Assembly (NCBI GenBank): GCA_028866935.1 | Contig: JAGWHH010000002.1 | Location: forward strand, 1-46,464 | Reading direction: 5' to 3' | Source: Candidatus Micrarchaeota archaeon | GTDB taxonomy: Archaea > Micrarchaeota > Micrarchaeia > Micrarchaeales > CABMGC01 | Length of the DNA: 46,464 nucleotides | Part shown: piece by piece, positions 27,111 through 35,469 of the stretch | Layout of the letters: every line of letters starts with the position of its first letter | Position numbering within the stretch: the stretch's first letter is position 1 | Notes under the pieces: model-generated | What the model was told of the DNA's origin: nothing | What the model saw: only the letters and a program-made list of their open reading frames with translations | The model's database searches: none | Made by a program: the position numbers and the translations under genes

Positions 27111-28286
27111 ATGAAAGCGCCCCGATGGATGAATAGAGAAGTGCTTCTTATCTCCTTCTCGGCTTTTTTCGCTGACCTAGGCTACCAGACAGTGATAGCC
27201 CTATTCCCTATACTCTTGGTTCTTGTTTTAGGCGCCTCTCCTAGCACTTATGGGATTGCTACTGCGCTAGCTTTTGGAGTAGGATCAGTATTTGGGTATA
27301 TAGGTGGCATCCTTGGGGATAGATTTAGCTACAAGAAGATAGCCATCCTAGGAAACCTATTTGTGCCTCTGCTCTCTCTTGTCGGGCTCGCAGTCAGCCC
27401 TACGGTAGCCATAGTCCTTTTCGCTTCTGGTTGGTGGGCAAGAAACTTCAGGAGCCCTCCACGCAGAAGCATGCTGGTCTTGGCATCAACCCAGAAAGAC
27501 AGAGGCAAAGCATTCGGCTTCCTTCATGCCCTAGACATAGGTGGTGGAATGCTATCTATCCTAATCCTTGCCGTTGTCCTGTTAAGCGGTATTTCGTACA
27601 GAACCGCTATCCTTATCACAGCACTGCCTATATTATTCTCCACTGTACTTCTCCTCTTTGCAAGAGATCCAAGCCATGAGCACATCGTACGCCGTTCGAC
27701 CAGCGGCAGCGGCATTGTAAATGGAAACGCTGCACGTTCTGCATACCTGGGCATATTGGTCGCAACTTTGCTGTACGGCTTTAGCTACTACAGCTTGGGC
27801 TTTCCGATACTAACTATAGCAGAGAAGTCGTCAAGCATTGCGGGAATAGGCTCATATGCAGTATATCTGGGCGTCTCCGCGGTTGCTGGATATTACATCG
27901 GCTCAAGAAAACTGAACAAGATAAAGGTCCTGGGCACTATGGGGTACATACTTTCCGGCATAGGCACGCTCGGCTTGGGGTTTGCGTATATCCTCGGCCA
28001 GGGAACTGCAGTATTCTACCTAATGGTGGCGGTCATCGGGCTCTCACTAGGCGTAATAGAAACGCTTGAACCTACTATAGTGTCATTAATTAAAGTGCGC
28101 GGCAAGGTAGGCAGCGGCATGGGCGCGCTCACGGCTTCAAGGAGCTTCGGGGTTTTTGCAGCAAACCTCATAATGGGCTTTTTGTATATGGTAAATCCTT
28201 TCTATTCGTATACTTATGCAGGACTGGTATCGGTTGCCGCTGGCTGCATAATTATGTATTACGGAAAGGGATTTAGCAAAAGATGA
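27111..28286 (+). CDS. MFS-type transporter
   Basis: 391 aa, about 10-12 hydrophobic helices, with a basic loop motif (GDRFSYKK) after TM2 typical of MFS. Confidence 0.8.
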   Translation: MKAPRWMNREVLLISFSAFFADLGYQTVIALFPILLVLVLGASPSTYGIATALAFGVGSVFGYIGGILGDRFSYKKIAILGNLFVPLLSLVGLAVSPTVAIVLFASGWWARNFRSPPRRSMLVLASTQKDRGKAFGFLHALDIGGGMLSILILAVVLLSGISYRTAILITALPILFSTVLLLFARDPSHEHIVRRSTSGSGIVNGNAARSAYLGILVATLLYGFSYYSLGFPILTIAEKSSSIAGIGSYAVYLGVSAVAGYYIGSRKLNKIKVLGTMGYILSGIGTLGLGFAYILGQGTAVFYLMVAVIGLSLGVIETLEPTIVSLIKVRGKVGSGMGALTASRSFGVFAANLIMGFLYMVNPFYSYTYAGLVSVAAGCIIMYYGKGFSKR

Positions 28287-28328
28287 TTATTTACCCTGTA
28301 ATACGGGTTATCTAAAGATCCAATGGGT

Positions 28329-28481
28329 TTACCTGCCTTTCCCACTTGCCTCTATAGACTGCCGTGCCACTTCCAGGTTGCAGCTATCGTGCTTGGAACA
28401 CCATGCATAGCATTTGTCAGCCAATTCTTTTCTATTGTAATGAAGTCCGCATATCTTACAAGAATATCCATTTTTAGACAT
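28329..28481 (-). CDS. small Cys-rich (zinc-ribbon-like) protein, 50 aa, below the ORF-track cutoff
   Basis: My own translation of the minus strand: MSKNGYSCKICGLHYNRKELADKCYAWCSKHDSCNLEVARQSIEASGKGR. CxxC...CxxxC...C pattern. Confidence 0.45.
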   Translation of the reverse strand: MSKNGYSCKICGLHYNRKELADKCYAWCSKHDSCNLEVARQSIEASGKGR

Positions 28482-28574
28482 ATACTTAGCTTGCCAATGA
28501 CTTATAAAAACATTGACTTATTGCCTATTAATCAATAAAACCCAAAATCAAAGTATTCAAAAATGTATTTCCGA

Positions 28575-28612
28575 AGATGTGCCTGTGGCGCATCTTGCGC
28601 ATCGGGCGATGC
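28575..28612 (+). repeat. two-hairpin motif, copy 2 (agatgtgc-ctgtg-gcgcatct, then gcatcg-gg-cgatgc)
   Basis: Read directly from the sequence. About 70-105 nt upstream of the ATG at 28681. The second stem differs from copy 1 by two compensatory base-pair changes. Confidence 0.6.
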
Positions 28613-28680
28613 CACTCAAGTACAACTCCGCTCCACAATGCGCTATATGTATTTTTATTTCTTTCAACGTATCTAGTAAC

Positions 28681-28872
28681 ATGGCAAAATCAAAAAAGCA
28701 GGAAGGTATCAAGTACATTTTATACGCTGTGCTTTTGCTCTCGTTTGTGGCTATACTGTATTTGTCACAACAAATCTCGGCAATCCTCAACGTTGCAACT
28801 GGGGTCGAAGTAGTTATAGCAAGCGTAATAATGGCTTTCGCCACCTACGCCCTTGCAAAGATCTACGGTTAG
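28681..28872 (+). CDS. small membrane protein (63 aa, 2 TM)
   Basis: MAKSKKQEGIKYILYAVLLLSFVAILY...VVIASVIMAFATYALAKIYG. The ATG at 28681 is preferred over the 119-aa track ORF, whose N-terminal part runs through the hairpin motif. Confidence 0.45.
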   Translation: MAKSKKQEGIKYILYAVLLLSFVAILYLSQQISAILNVATGVEVVIASVIMAFATYALAKIYG

Positions 28873-28884
28873 AACAGTTGCCTA

Positions 28885-28905
28885 AGATGTGCCCAATGCA
28901 CATCT
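28885..28905 (+). repeat. hairpin motif, copy 3 (agatgtgc-ccaat-gcacatct), first hairpin only
   Basis: Perfect 8-bp inverted repeat 13 nt after the stop of the small membrane protein gene. Confidence 0.5.
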
Positions 28906-29418
28906 CGGGCTTCTGGCATATCACTCGCACAGCATAAATTCCAGGGTGCTTTGGCTTAACTGCATCTCACTATTCTTATCTTGACCGTTCCATTCATCAC
29001 ATCATTTCCAGGCAAATATCCTTTTGGGCAGCAGCAATATTGCTGTATTCAATAAATTTCCTGCTGTTGGCGGTAATGTTCAAGGTCTTCACGCACTACA
29101 TGCGCAGCCATCACTAGGCAGTTCAGACGTACACCAAGAGGGGACTGCGAAAAACCATACATTCGGACCTGTAATCTACCTCCTTGCAATGACCTTTTCG
29201 TTTGTAGACTCTTCCATACGCCACTATCTGCTTTTATCTGTCTTATCTTCTGGATGTACAGGCAGATAAGATGAAGATTATGGGCCCTCTTTTGCCTGCC
29301 CTCAACCAACCGACGTATAATTTATGCCTATTTCTCAAAATAACAAACTTTCACTAAATTTTGTCCAAAATCACACCGTTTAAATACCAGACTGTTCACC
29401 ATATCTTTGTGACCAGAT

Positions 29419-30000
29419 ATGACCGCTAAAGTTACTGAAGTAGGAAGAGTCGTTGAAGGACAAAGAGTATTTACTGTTTTGGAACGCAAACCAGAAGAGA
29501 AACCCCAAACCTATGTTGCATATAATCGCGAGCTAATTACCCTAGAAGAGCTCGTTAAGATCCTATCAAACGGCGGAGCAAAAACAATAGAAAATACTAG
29601 AGCGTTTCAGGAACACAGCTCCCTATGGCTTGACCTTAAAGACCAAGGCACTAGACTTCACGGTTATTATAGGATAAATTATGAAGGTGATAATTTAGAT
29701 GAAATGTTCCTGCCAATGTGGAATAATAAGAGCGCATGGGACGCCCTTCCATTTAAGGAAAGAGCATACTTCCACGGAGGAAGGGATAACCTTACTGTTC
29801 TCATATCAAATATTTCAGATGGCGAGAAGGTTAAGATGGATGGCGACCGCATCCCCGCGCGCCTGGTTGTATATGCCAATGGCATGCCACAGCTTACGCC
29901 TCCAGTTGCAGTAGTTGATAGGACACCTACCAATGGCCATGGATCAGAGAGCAAGAGAAACAGCGTGTATGTCGAAGTGCACGAGATTGTGCGTGAGTAA
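29419..30000 (+). CDS. hypothetical protein, divergent member D of the paralogous family
   Basis: RELITLEELV, SSLWLDLKDQG and ERAYFHGGRDNLTVLI...IPARLVVYANG align loosely with the family blocks. Confidence 0.55.
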   Translation: MTAKVTEVGRVVEGQRVFTVLERKPEEKPQTYVAYNRELITLEELVKILSNGGAKTIENTRAFQEHSSLWLDLKDQGTRLHGYYRINYEGDNLDEMFLPMWNNKSAWDALPFKERAYFHGGRDNLTVLISNISDGEKVKMDGDRIPARLVVYANGMPQLTPPVAVVDRTPTNGHGSESKRNSVYVEVHEIVRE

Positions 30001-30040
30001 ATTCACCAATTGCAGCTTTAAATCACTATTATGGATAGCT

Positions 30041-30763
30041 CTACAACTTTAGGAGCTTCGCTGCGTTTTCGTAAAGAACCGCTGACTTTTCCTCGTAAGT
30101 AAGCTTGGTTTTCATTACCTTGAGCAGCTCCAATTCCTGGTCGCCGTAAGGCGCGTCAGATCCGAACAGTATCTTGTCAGCACCCACAATGTCGTAAATT
30201 TTGTTTATTCCATTAGGATGGAATGAGTCTATAGATGTTTCAAGATACAGGTTTTCGCATTCCTTGACTTTCTGCACTGCAGCTGGCGATCTGTCAGCAA
30301 AGTGCCCTAGTATTATATTAATGTCGGTGAAATCATCAGCAAGGCTTGCAATGCGGTCAGGATCTGTAAATACTGGCGCTCTGCCCCCCTTTTTGGTGTG
30401 TATTAGCAATGGTTTCCCGCTTTTAGATATCTCCTCGTATAAAGGATAATATCTCTTATCAATAGGGTCAAAATTCTGTGACCTGGGGTGAAGCTTCACG
30501 CCTTTAAATCTGGATATATGCTTACTTACTGTGTCAGGAGCTGTAGTATTAGGATCAAACCTAAGGAAGCATGCAAACCTCTTCTCATTCAGGTTTAGGA
30601 GGCTTAAACTTGCCTCTATAAGGTTCTTTTCTTTCTCGTCAAACGGGAACACTGCAGCCATGTCTACTCCATTATGGTCCATATGTGCTAGCAGCTCCTT
30701 GGCGCTCTGGCGCCCCCCATCCTTATCATCCCCTATATGGGCATGTATATCAAAAATCATCAT
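30041..30763 (-). CDS. metal-dependent amidohydrolase (TIM-barrel, amidohydrolase_2-like)
   Basis: N-terminal DIHAHIG, an internal H (LLIHT, ILGH) and C-terminal FGSDAPY, typical of the amidohydrolase superfamily. Confidence 0.75.
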   Translation of the reverse strand: MMIFDIHAHIGDDKDGGRQSAKELLAHMDHNGVDMAAVFPFDEKEKNLIEASLSLLNLNEKRFACFLRFDPNTTAPDTVSKHISRFKGVKLHPRSQNFDPIDKRYYPLYEEISKSGKPLLIHTKKGGRAPVFTDPDRIASLADDFTDINIILGHFADRSPAAVQKVKECENLYLETSIDSFHPNGINKIYDIVGADKILFGSDAPYGDQELELLKVMKTKLTYEEKSAVLYENAAKLLKL

Positions 30764-30791
30764 ATGGGGATCACATTAAGTATCGGCGTAA

Positions 30792-32204
30792 TCACTCATC
30801 GACTCTAAATCGTAGGCTCTCAACTAACGGCTTTATCCCTTCCTCATCAAATACCCTCCTGCTCCTATCAGAAGGCACCTCGCCCCTTGCCAAGCCCTCA
30901 TACTTGGGCCTAAGGTAATCGGTGTTTTCGCCTATTTTGAGCAGTCCCTCGAATGCGACATCTAGAACTTCGTGGGCAGCCATCATTACGGTCTCATTGT
31001 TTGTAACGCCATTGTAAGCAACATCATTCTTGAGCCTTGTAATCTCATCTACACTCCTGCGCATTGCAAGCTCCTGGGCCCTGTCCAGATTCTCTGCCAA
31101 GCCTCGGATAACCGCACCCAAGCCCATTACCTCTGATCTGCTTGCCTGCTCTGAGAAAAGCCTTACTTCCACTGTGTTTGTGTAGCTCTTCAGCCTTGCA
31201 TCTGCTCTTACCAGCCCTTCCATTACTTCTATATCCTGCTCTTCAAATCTTACTGCAAAGACGCTCCCAACTCCATCTCTCGATGCACTTGCTATGCCTC
31301 TGTGCATGAAGTCTCTTAGGCTTACGGCCTCGTTTACCTTGTAATATTCGCCCTCTCTTTTAAGCAGATCCATAGGCAGACTCATCAGATGCTCAAAATA
31401 ATGGTCAAAATCACGGAATATTGGCGCTATGGCCAGATTCCTCTCAAGTAGATAGTCTTCATAGAATGTAGTCCTTGAATCTGCCATGCCTGCATGAGGC
31501 CCTCTTACGGGGCTTGAATTTGCACCAAGCGCCAGAAGCTCGGGTCGCAATCCGTTGTACACATTGGCAAGCCTTACCGCGTCCTCGCTGTCCTTTGTCT
31601 GGACATGGAAGTGCAGTGCTGCATTGACTGTAGGCCCGTAGGTCAGCCCTTCCTGGTCAATCCTGTATGAGCTGCCCCAAGTATCAAGCATCATTTTATA
31701 CCTAGGTATGCTCTCAAGGCAGAGCGCTGCGCCAGGCTGAGTTACTGGCTGTGTTCCGTGTCCAAGCACGTAAGCTCCACTCCTCTCAGCAACCTTGATC
31801 AAAGGTGTGACAAACTCTGCAATCATCTTGTTTGCATGGTCAAGACCGTTAGCTTTTGGAAGCGCAATTTCTACCGTTCCTACTCCAAATTCAGCGTGAA
31901 TAGATCCTCCATATCCGTCTATACCTTTTTCAACTCCAAATCCATGTGGATTGCGCTGCCATCCATCCCGGCTTCCCATATCCCTGAATATTCTCTTGAG
32001 CTGCCTTTCGCTTATTACCTGCCCAAACCCGTAGGCCCCTGACTTTACCAAAGGAAACTCCATCTCTATTCCGAAACCCCTCTCATCCCCTACAGATCTA
32101 AACTTTTCGGCATGCGCCTCCTTTGCAAGACCAATCCTGCTTCCCTGTGACGATTCGCTCTGAACATGTTTTTTTACCAACGCGAAAGTCATTTTAAGCA
32201 CCAA
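30792..32204 (-). CDS. carboxylate-amine ligase of the glutamate-cysteine ligase family 2 (GCS2/YbdK-like)
   Basis: GIEMEFPLV, GTVEIAL, ALHFHVQ, GANSSP, DSRTTFYE and VEVRLFSEQ blocks match the GCS2 pattern. 470 aa. Confidence 0.75.
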   Translation of the reverse strand: MVLKMTFALVKKHVQSESSQGSRIGLAKEAHAEKFRSVGDERGFGIEMEFPLVKSGAYGFGQVISERQLKRIFRDMGSRDGWQRNPHGFGVEKGIDGYGGSIHAEFGVGTVEIALPKANGLDHANKMIAEFVTPLIKVAERSGAYVLGHGTQPVTQPGAALCLESIPRYKMMLDTWGSSYRIDQEGLTYGPTVNAALHFHVQTKDSEDAVRLANVYNGLRPELLALGANSSPVRGPHAGMADSRTTFYEDYLLERNLAIAPIFRDFDHYFEHLMSLPMDLLKREGEYYKVNEAVSLRDFMHRGIASASRDGVGSVFAVRFEEQDIEVMEGLVRADARLKSYTNTVEVRLFSEQASRSEVMGLGAVIRGLAENLDRAQELAMRRSVDEITRLKNDVAYNGVTNNETVMMAAHEVLDVAFEGLLKIGENTDYLRPKYEGLARGEVPSDRSRRVFDEEGIKPLVESLRFRVDE

Positions 32205-32492
32205 TAATTATACACAATATTAGATAGCACCTTATTGATATTTAAACGATGCTAGAATGAACAATTTCATGCAAATAATTGTTATTTTGAGACATCGCAG
32301 AGAACTTTAAATATCTTTTCAGGTTATCAAACAGGGATGCTCTGGCTGCTAATTTTTCTATCATTTTATCGCCAATCAAAAGTAACATTTTATTTATAAA
32401 GCCTTGCATTTTAACTAAAATTAGTGGAAGTATCAACTGCCCCAGAACATCCGTTAATTTCGGCAAGTGGTTCATGATCAAAGCAACAACAA

Positions 32493-33740
32493 ATGTCCAT
32501 AAAACTGTTCAGAATAGGCATCTTTAAATATGAAAAACCATTAAGCAATAATGATAAAGAGGTTTGGTATACTATGAAACTTAAACAGGCAAATGTAGCA
32601 GGCATGATCACACATCAAAAGGATGGTTATGTTGGCGGTTACGGCACCGAGACCTATAAAGAGAAGGCAGAACACGCAAGAGAGATAGGGCTATATTTTG
32701 TAAAAATAGACCTGACTGAAGAAAATGCACGACAGATCCGGGAAGGCGGAAACGTAACTGCAAAGCACTGGGATGGTAGAACTCTTAGCGATGTGACCAT
32801 TCCAGCAAGGAACATTAAAGCTATTTATGATTTCTCAGAACTTGACATGCCTGAATACAAAGACCCTGCATATGATGGCATAATCAGTGCGCTTACAAAC
32901 AATGGCGTCAGATTCGTAAACGGTCCAAAGGCAAAGCAGATAGGAAACGACAAGCAACTAAGCCAGGAGCTTTTCGAAGAGGTGGGCGTGAGGACTCCAA
33001 TTACAATGCAGTACAACAGGGAAAACGCAAAGGCACTTCTGCATGAAAGTGGATTCATATTCATAAAGGACATCGAGGGGGTCATGGGCAATGGTCAGGT
33101 TACCATATTATCCACTGGAAACGGGTTTATGGCAAATGTTGACGGAACAAAAACAGGTTTTAGGGATGTGGGGTCCGCACTGGACTTTGCAGAGGAGTCG
33201 GTTCAAGGCAGGCTTATAGTCCAAGAGGGCATTGTAATACCAAGACTTGACGGAAGGGTTTGGGACTTCAGGGCCATTTTCCAGAAAGATGGCTCAGGAA
33301 ATACCGTCATGCCTCTAGTATTGGTAAGAATAGGCGCAATAGGAAGAGATCAGTCAAACATAGACAAAGGCGGCGAGGGGCAGGATCCGTACATCTTCTA
33401 CCCAAATTTCAGCACAGCACGCTGCGAGATCGAGGAAATAGGAATGAAAGTATTCAAGGGGCTTGAGAGAAAAGCCGGAGACGTTGGTGAAATAGGCATG
33501 GACTTCCTTGCCTCTACAAAAGGAGAACTTATACTTATAGAAATAAATCCTACCCCGGGATATACGGCAGGATACATAAGAGACCTTTCAAATGGGGGCC
33601 CGGTCAACTTTGAGCTTACCCTGCAAAGGGGCGGCAATATGCCTACAGAAGAAGAGATACACAGAAACTGGGCAGTCTCAATGAGAGACCGTATAAGGAA
33701 TCCTGTAAGCTACTCAAAGCATATAGTAGAAAGTGAGTGA
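32493..33740 (+). CDS. ATP-grasp amidoligase (resembles the YheC/YheD or TTL-like branch)
   Basis: The C-terminal GEIGMDFLASTKGELILIEINPTPGY and central WDFRAIFQKDGSGN...RIGA...SNIDKGG blocks fit the ATP-grasp fold. Divergent from the GCS2 gene. Confidence 0.7.
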   Translation: MSIKLFRIGIFKYEKPLSNNDKEVWYTMKLKQANVAGMITHQKDGYVGGYGTETYKEKAEHAREIGLYFVKIDLTEENARQIREGGNVTAKHWDGRTLSDVTIPARNIKAIYDFSELDMPEYKDPAYDGIISALTNNGVRFVNGPKAKQIGNDKQLSQELFEEVGVRTPITMQYNRENAKALLHESGFIFIKDIEGVMGNGQVTILSTGNGFMANVDGTKTGFRDVGSALDFAEESVQGRLIVQEGIVIPRLDGRVWDFRAIFQKDGSGNTVMPLVLVRIGAIGRDQSNIDKGGEGQDPYIFYPNFSTARCEIEEIGMKVFKGLERKAGDVGEIGMDFLASTKGELILIEINPTPGYTAGYIRDLSNGGPVNFELTLQRGGNMPTEEEIHRNWAVSMRDRIRNPVSYSKHIVESE

Positions 33741-33744
33741 CTTC

Positions 33745-34521
33745 TTAACGCAAAGCAGCCAAAAGGCCTGCTTCTTCATGTCCAACTTCCGGGGTATGGT
33801 GCTCCAATTCCTCTACATGCATTAATTTAGCATAAGGCACTTTTCCATCACTTGTTATGCCATAACACAGAAGTGTAGAAGAAACTACTGCTATGCCATC
33901 TTCATTAGCCGAATAATACATATTAAAATAATTGCTCAAGTGCGGGTTATCTGTTGGATTATTATAGTAATTGAAGAACTTAAGGGATGGAATATTAGAT
34001 GGTTTCTCGATTTCAAGCAGCATGAGATTAAGCCCTGAGATTGTTTGAGACTCCAATCTCTCTATGCCTGCCTCAACGCCTCTCTCGTTTAGGACTTTAA
34101 GGGCATACTCCGTATCGCTGCTAGATGGGTTTGGCCTCATCTTAACCATCCCATTATGGGCAAGATACAGCATATCTCCCTTATTTACTGCTAAGAACGG
34201 GTGCGAAAAGGTAAGACCAAGCTTTTTTTGATCGCTTGCCTTCCTTGCATGGAATATTGCAAAGGACCTTCCCTCTATCTCAGGTATCTTATGGCTATCA
34301 TCAAAAATTGGCGTTGCGCTTCTGTAATGCATTACGCTGCCATTTGTTACTATTACATAACCCCATCCATCGATACAACTGGCGCCTATCCTCAGCCCCC
34401 TACCTGCACTTTTGCGTGCGGCGTCTGCTACCGGATCATTCCTTGCCGATTCCTTCAAAGCCTCGTGTAACCTAGCTATCTCCTTGTTAGAGTTTCCAAC
34501 GTAGGCGAACATTCTGCACAT
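33745..34521 (-). CDS. class II (Ntn) glutamine amidotransferase-like protein (YafJ/EgtC-like)
   Basis: MCRMF with Cys2 as the putative N-terminal nucleophile, plus DGWG, HARKAS, SHPF and AHNG motifs. Confidence 0.8.
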   Translation of the reverse strand: MCRMFAYVGNSNKEIARLHEALKESARNDPVADAARKSAGRGLRIGASCIDGWGYVIVTNGSVMHYRSATPIFDDSHKIPEIEGRSFAIFHARKASDQKKLGLTFSHPFLAVNKGDMLYLAHNGMVKMRPNPSSSDTEYALKVLNERGVEAGIERLESQTISGLNLMLLEIEKPSNIPSLKFFNYYNNPTDNPHLSNYFNMYYSANEDGIAVVSSTLLCYGITSDGKVPYAKLMHVEELEHHTPEVGHEEAGLLAALR

Positions 34522-34645
34522 AGTTATTCACAATTAAGACGGGTAGTGCATGATAGCATTAACCTAAAATCACTGCAATTCCCCAATTAAATGAGTGCAA
34601 AGTCATGATATTTAACTCTAACTATCCAATATATTAGCTGATTAA

Positions 34646-35173
34646 ATGCTTCATCAGAAGATATTGTCCAACCCTCTGTATATTGTAATCATAGTGGTTA
34701 TCATTCTGGCGATAGCAGGAAGCGCATTAGTGCTCTCTCAATCCTCTCCAAGCGTGGCAGCAGGGGATAACATAAGCGTATACTATACGGGACAATTCAC
34801 TAACGGGTCTACCTTTGGCTCCAATGTAGGCGGGCAGCCCCTCACATTTAAGGTAGGAGCAGGGCAGGTAATACCCGGTTTTGACAATGGCGTAATCGGG
34901 ATGAAGCTCAATGAGACAAAGACACTAACCATTCCTGCAAATCAGGCATACGGCGATATAAATCCTAGCCTGTTCGTAAATGTTCCAAAAACCAACTTCG
35001 GCAACAAGACAGTCCAAGATGGAATGACAGTTACAGAAGTCTCTCAGAACGGAACGCCATTCCAGGGTACAGTTGCAGCAGTAAATGCAACTACTGTTGT
35101 AGTTAACTTCAACCCACCACTGGCAGGACATACGCTAGTTTTCACAATAAAAGTAGTAAAGATACAGAAGTAA
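34646..35173 (+). CDS. FKBP-type peptidyl-prolyl cis-trans isomerase with N-terminal membrane anchor
   Basis: TM helix LYIVIIVVIILAIAGSALVL, then VYYTGQFTNGSTF...FKVGAGQVIPGFDNGVIGMK and an insert-in-flap-like region. Confidence 0.8.
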   Translation: MLHQKILSNPLYIVIIVVIILAIAGSALVLSQSSPSVAAGDNISVYYTGQFTNGSTFGSNVGGQPLTFKVGAGQVIPGFDNGVIGMKLNETKTLTIPANQAYGDINPSLFVNVPKTNFGNKTVQDGMTVTEVSQNGTPFQGTVAAVNATTVVVNFNPPLAGHTLVFTIKVVKIQK

Positions 35174-35192
35174 AAGAAGTAAATAAATCATG

Positions 35193-35215
35193 GTCCGGCC
35201 CGTTGAGAACCGGAC
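35193..35215. terminator. hairpin between convergent genes (gtccgg-N11-ccggac followed by an A/T run)
   Basis: Perfect 6-bp inverted repeat between the FKBP gene (+) and the small zinc-ribbon gene (-). Terminator function is an inference. Confidence 0.3.
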
Positions 35216-35230
35216 AAAAACAAAAGGACT

Positions 35231-35368
35231 TTATCCGCCTATCTTGAACATCTTAGTTCCACAGACGCTGCAAGTACCTGTCTTTGCATGCTTGCCATTC
35301 TTCATTGTTACATCCTTTGCATCCTTCATCTCACGCTTTTGTTTGCATTTAACGCAATACGCTTCCAT
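35231..35368 (-). CDS. small zinc-ribbon protein, 45 aa (resembles the DUF5679 type), below the ORF-track cutoff
   Basis: My own translation: MEAYCVKCKQKREMKDAKDVTMKNGKHAKTGTCSVCGTKMFKIGG, with two CxxC pairs. Confidence 0.6.
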   Translation of the reverse strand: MEAYCVKCKQKREMKDAKDVTMKNGKHAKTGTCSVCGTKMFKIGG

Positions 35369-35469
35369 ATTCTCGCCAAAATAATATCGGAGCTAGTTAT
35401 TAAAAACATTAGCTATTGTATCAAAATTGTAATAATCGGTAGGTATATATAGCAACTAATGATTACGAC

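Noticed and set aside
29024-29309. ORFs 29024..29269 (+) and 29049..29309 (-) in the long gap
   Set aside because: They overlap each other on opposite strands and use weak starts. Their translations have no protein-like features. The region is treated as non-coding or decayed.
32242-32481. A 79-aa minus-strand ORF filling the divergent region between the GCS2 ligase and the ATP-grasp gene; considered as a possible substrate or precursor peptide for the amidoligases
   Set aside because: The region is AT-rich and must hold both divergent promoters. The ORF has no recognisable features and its stop abuts the GCS2 TATA-like box. It cannot be supported without conservation data and is kept only as something to check.
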